DNA of 64,000 nt, taken from contig CAVVEU010000008.1 in assembly GCA_963747235.1 (NCBI GenBank), positions 640,001-704,000 of the forward strand, read 5' to 3'. The position numbers were made by a program, and so were the translations under genes. The notes under the pieces were generated by a model that did not search any database, was not told the DNA's origin, and worked only from the letters and a program-made list of their open reading frames with translations. This document shows, in pieces, positions 61,293 through 64,000 of this stretch (the stretch's first letter is position 1; the number at the start of each line of letters is the position of its first letter). Origin of the DNA: an uncultured Candidatus Rokubacteria bacterium (GTDB taxonomy: Bacteria; Methylomirabilota; Methylomirabilia; Rokubacteriales; CSP1-6).

Positions 61293-62253
61293 CCGTAGCG
61301 GGCGGGGGGCCGCGGCGTCTCGCGACCGTCGATCTCGGCACCAACACCGTCCGCCTCCTCGTCGTTGAAGTGAACGACGGGGAAGTGAGCGACGGGCCTG
61401 GCGCGCGCTCCATCAGACGCAGCGGGTCACGCGGCTCGGCGAAGGGCAGGCGGCCGCCGGGCGCCTGCTCCCGGAGCCGATGCGGCGCACCGCCGCCGCG
61501 GTCGCCGAGTTCGCCCACGCGGCGCGCGAGCTCGGCGCCTCTTCTGTCCGGATCGTCGCCACGAGCGCGGTCCGCGAGGCGGGCAACCGCGGCGAGTTCG
61601 TGGCGCGCCTGGAGGCGGAATCGGGCGAGTCGGTGGAGGTCGTCTCGGGCGAGGACGAGGCGCGCCTGACGCTCCAGGGGGTCACCTCCGGGCTGCCCGG
61701 CCTCGGCGACTCGTTCGTCCTCTTCGACATCGGCGGGGGCAGCACCGAGTTCGTGCTCGCGCGCGGGGGTGCCGCGGCGGCCGCGGTGAGCCTGCGGCTG
61801 GGCGTGGTGCCCCTCGTGGAAGAGTGGGGCGAGCCCGGTCCCGTGCGGTGGGATCGCTTCGCGCGCATGCGGGAGGCGATCGAGCGTCGCCTGGCCGCCG
61901 AGGTGCCGGAGGCCATCGCGGGGGCGGCCGTGAACGAGCTGGTCGGCACCGCGGGCACCGTCACCACGCTGGCCGCGCTCGATCTCGGCCTCTCCGCGTA
62001 CGACGCGGCGCGGGTGCACGGCCACCGGCTCGGCCGCGCGGCGGTGGAGCGGGAGCTGGCCCGGCTCGGCGCGCTGTCCGTCGCCGACCGGGGCCGGCTG
62101 CCGTGCCTCGAGCCGGGGCGCGCGGACGTGATCATTCCCGGCATCGCGATCTGCCTGGCCACGATGGCGCGCTTCCGGCGCGAGCACCTCGTGGTGAGCG
62201 ATCGCGGGCTGCGCGAAGGCATTCTCTGCGAGCTGCTGGGGGCCGTCCGGTGA
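61289..62253 (+). CDS. ppx: Ppx/GppA family phosphatase (frame break near 61390-61420)
   Basis: ATVDLGTNTVRLLV, ATSAVREAGN, EDEA, DIGGGSTE, RADVI and GLREG. Confidence 0.88.
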
Positions 62254-63260
62254 CGAGGCCGTCCGCGCGCACGCTGTCGGTGATCGACTACCACACCGAG
62301 GGCGAGCCGATGCGGTTCATCGTGGACGGGGTGCCCCCCATCCCCGGGGCGTCGCTGATGGAGCAGAGCGAGCACCTGGCCGCGCACGGCCGCGACCTGC
62401 TCGGCATGGCGCTCTACGAGCCGCGCGGCCACGCCGCGATGTGCGGCGCGATCCTGACCGATCCGGTGACGCCGGGGGCCGACGTCGGCGTGCTCTTCAT
62501 CGAGCCGCTCGGCCCGGTGCACATGTGCGGGCACGGAGCCATCGCGCTCGGCGCCATGCTGGTGGAGACGGGCCGGGTGGCCGCGCCGGACGGCGCCGCC
62601 ACCGTGACGCTCGACACGCCGGCCGGGCTGGTCTCGTGCCGGGTGGCGAGCGCGCCGGGGCAGCCGACCTCGGTCACGATCCGCAACGTGCCCGCGTTCT
62701 CGGTGGGGCTCGATCTCCACGTGGAGGTGCCGGGGCTCGGCCGGGTGGCGTTCGACCTGGCCTACGGCGGCCACTTCTACGCGCTCGTGGAGGCGGCCGC
62801 GTGCGGGCTCACGCTCGAGCCGAAGGAGGCGGCGCGCCTGGTGGAAGTCGGCGAGCGGATCCGCCTCGCCATCGAGGCGCGCGTGCCGCTCGTGCATCCC
62901 GCGATGCCCGACGCGCGCGGGCTGCTCTACGTGCAGTTCCACGAGCCGGCGCGGCGGGCCGACGCGCAGCTCCGCAACGCGGTGGTGGTGGCGCCCGCGG
63001 GCCTCGACCGCTCACCCTGCGGGACCGGGACCTCGGCGCGGCTCGCCAATCTCCACGCGCGCGGCCGGCTCGGGGTGGGGGAGGCGTTCGGCCACGAGTC
63101 CATCATCGGCACGCTCTTCACGGGGCGGATCGTCGCGCTCACCGACGTGGCGGGCACCCCGGCGGTGGTCCCGGAGATCACGGGACGGGCCTGGATGATC
63201 TCCCGCGCCACGCTGTCCCTCGACCCGAGCGACCCGTTCCCGGGTGGCTTCCTCCTCTAG
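62250..63260 (+). CDS. Proline racemase / hydroxyproline epimerase family
   Basis: DYHTEGEPMR, EPRGH, MCGHG and DRSPCGTGTSA (both catalytic Cys present). Confidence 0.9.
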   Translation: MTRPSARTLSVIDYHTEGEPMRFIVDGVPPIPGASLMEQSEHLAAHGRDLLGMALYEPRGHAAMCGAILTDPVTPGADVGVLFIEPLGPVHMCGHGAIALGAMLVETGRVAAPDGAATVTLDTPAGLVSCRVASAPGQPTSVTIRNVPAFSVGLDLHVEVPGLGRVAFDLAYGGHFYALVEAAACGLTLEPKEAARLVEVGERIRLAIEARVPLVHPAMPDARGLLYVQFHEPARRADAQLRNAVVVAPAGLDRSPCGTGTSARLANLHARGRLGVGEAFGHESIIGTLFTGRIVALTDVAGTPAVVPEITGRAWMISRATLSLDPSDPFPGGFLL

Positions 63261-63309
63261 CGCCCAGTTTGATTGACACCCCGGCCGTTCGTGTGGTGTC
63301 CTACCCAGG

Positions 63310-63747
63310 ATGAGTCTCATCCCCCGGGTGATCGTCCGGCGCTGGCTCGAGACGGTGCTGGCGCTCTTCTCGCTCGGCATGCTGTACTTCTACTGGCATC
63401 AGGACCAGATGCCCCGCGCGCTCTCCCTCAAGGAGGACGTGACCCTCACGCTCTGGGACTGGATGCTGCGGGGCGTGGTGTTCGGCCTGCTCGGAATCTG
63501 GGGATTCTCCGCTGCTGGTCGTGCTCTTCTTCCTCGTCTACTCGCCGATCTACGTCATCAACCGGGCGCCCGCACCTCGTCGGCAAGGGCGGCTGGCTCG
63601 ACAAGCGCGAGGTCCGCTTCTACCTGGCGTGCTTCGCGCTGGTCTGCCTGCTGGTCGCCCTGTTCACGCGCTCGACCGACGCCTCCGCTGATCCTGCTCG
63701 TCCTGCTGGCCGGCTTCGGCCCGATGATCTGGCGCCTCCTGGTGTAG
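63310..63747 (+). CDS. Hypothetical membrane protein (internal frame breaks)
   Basis: Hydrophobic segments spread over two or three frames. TTGACA upstream at 63273. Confidence 0.55.
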   Translation: MSLIPRVIVRRWLETVLALFSLGMLYFYWHQDQMPRALSLKEDVTLTLWDWMLRGVVFGLLGIWGFSAAGRALLPRLLADLRHQPGARTSSARAAGSTSARSASTWRASRWSACWSPCSRARPTPPLILLVLLAGFGPMIWRLLV

Positions 63748-63757
63748 CCCCCGCGAG

Positions 63758-63786
63758 TTGACAGGCCCCGGTGCCTTGTCTATCCT
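63758..63786 (+). promoter_or_regulatory. Sigma70 promoter
   Basis: TTGACA-17bp-TATCCT. Confidence 0.7.
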
Positions 63787-63796
63787 TGCCGGGTAT

Positions 63797-64000
63797 ATGG
63801 ATGAAATCGCGGTGTTGGTGCTGAATTACACCTACGAGCCGCTGCATTTCACCAACGCCAAGCGGGCGATCACGCTGCTGCTGGCGGGCAAGGCCGAGAG
63901 CGTCGAGGCCTCCCCCCGCGTGATCCGCTCGCCCTCGCGGAGCTTCCATCTCCCGGCGGTCATTCGCCTCGGGGCGTATATCCGGAAGCCGTTCCTGGAG
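63797..64000 (+). CDS. HNH endonuclease (McrA-like), N-terminal part, truncated by window end
   Basis: MDEIAVLVLNYTYEPLHFTNAKRAITLLLAGKAE...LPAVIRL matches the VLVLNxxYEPL N-terminus of this family. The HNH motif itself lies outside the window. Confidence 0.75.
   Translation, partial: MDEIAVLVLNYTYEPLHFTNAKRAITLLLAGKAESVEASPRVIRSPSRSFHLPAVIRLGAYIRKPFLE

Noticed and set aside
9264-63747. About 20 frame breaks suggesting mass pseudogenisation or programmed frameshifting
   Set aside because: They are scattered single-base indels in otherwise intact genes, many in G/C runs, with no decay or slippery-site pattern. Long-read consensus error is the simplest explanation, but reads are needed to confirm.
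63797-64000. HNH gene as a defence system or mobile element
   Set aside because: Truncated by the window edge. It resembles the common stand-alone chromosomal HNH family and has host-like composition.
1-64000. tRNA, rRNA, IS transposase, prophage or integrase
   Set aside because: No such signatures recognised, and the intergenic gaps are short and otherwise explained.

Overview
Gene-dense, very GC-rich (roughly 70%) bacterial chromosome segment of about 65 mostly housekeeping and metabolic genes. I found no rRNA, tRNA, CRISPR array or transposase. Order of content: gltB with a divergent LysR; korAB; glcDEF-cupin-lutABC; trxB, mscL, nadX, rmuC; an orphan GroES-like gene; a heterodimeric ABC exporter; nfo and nth; a double efflux operon (RND + TolC + MacAB); an intein-containing class II ribonucleotide reductase; a degenerate hybrid kinase, ppx, a proline racemase and a truncated HNH gene. 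About 20 single-base frame breaks look like long-read assembly errors. The most unusual signal is two families of short dispersed hairpin repeats. They occur between genes and are also read IN FRAME inside unrelated proteins, always as the same peptide (CxxPEMAPALPQSAxNR and GEAQPKASRADT), including the TMD-NBD linkers of both subunits of one ABC exporter. Two inward-facing copies of one family also bracket a small lipoprotein gene. Other highlights are a Gln-terminated LAGLIDADG intein, a divergent stand-alone co-chaperonin, a kinase lacking its phospho-His, and pervasive leaderless-type promoters. All product calls come from motif recognition by eye, not database searches.
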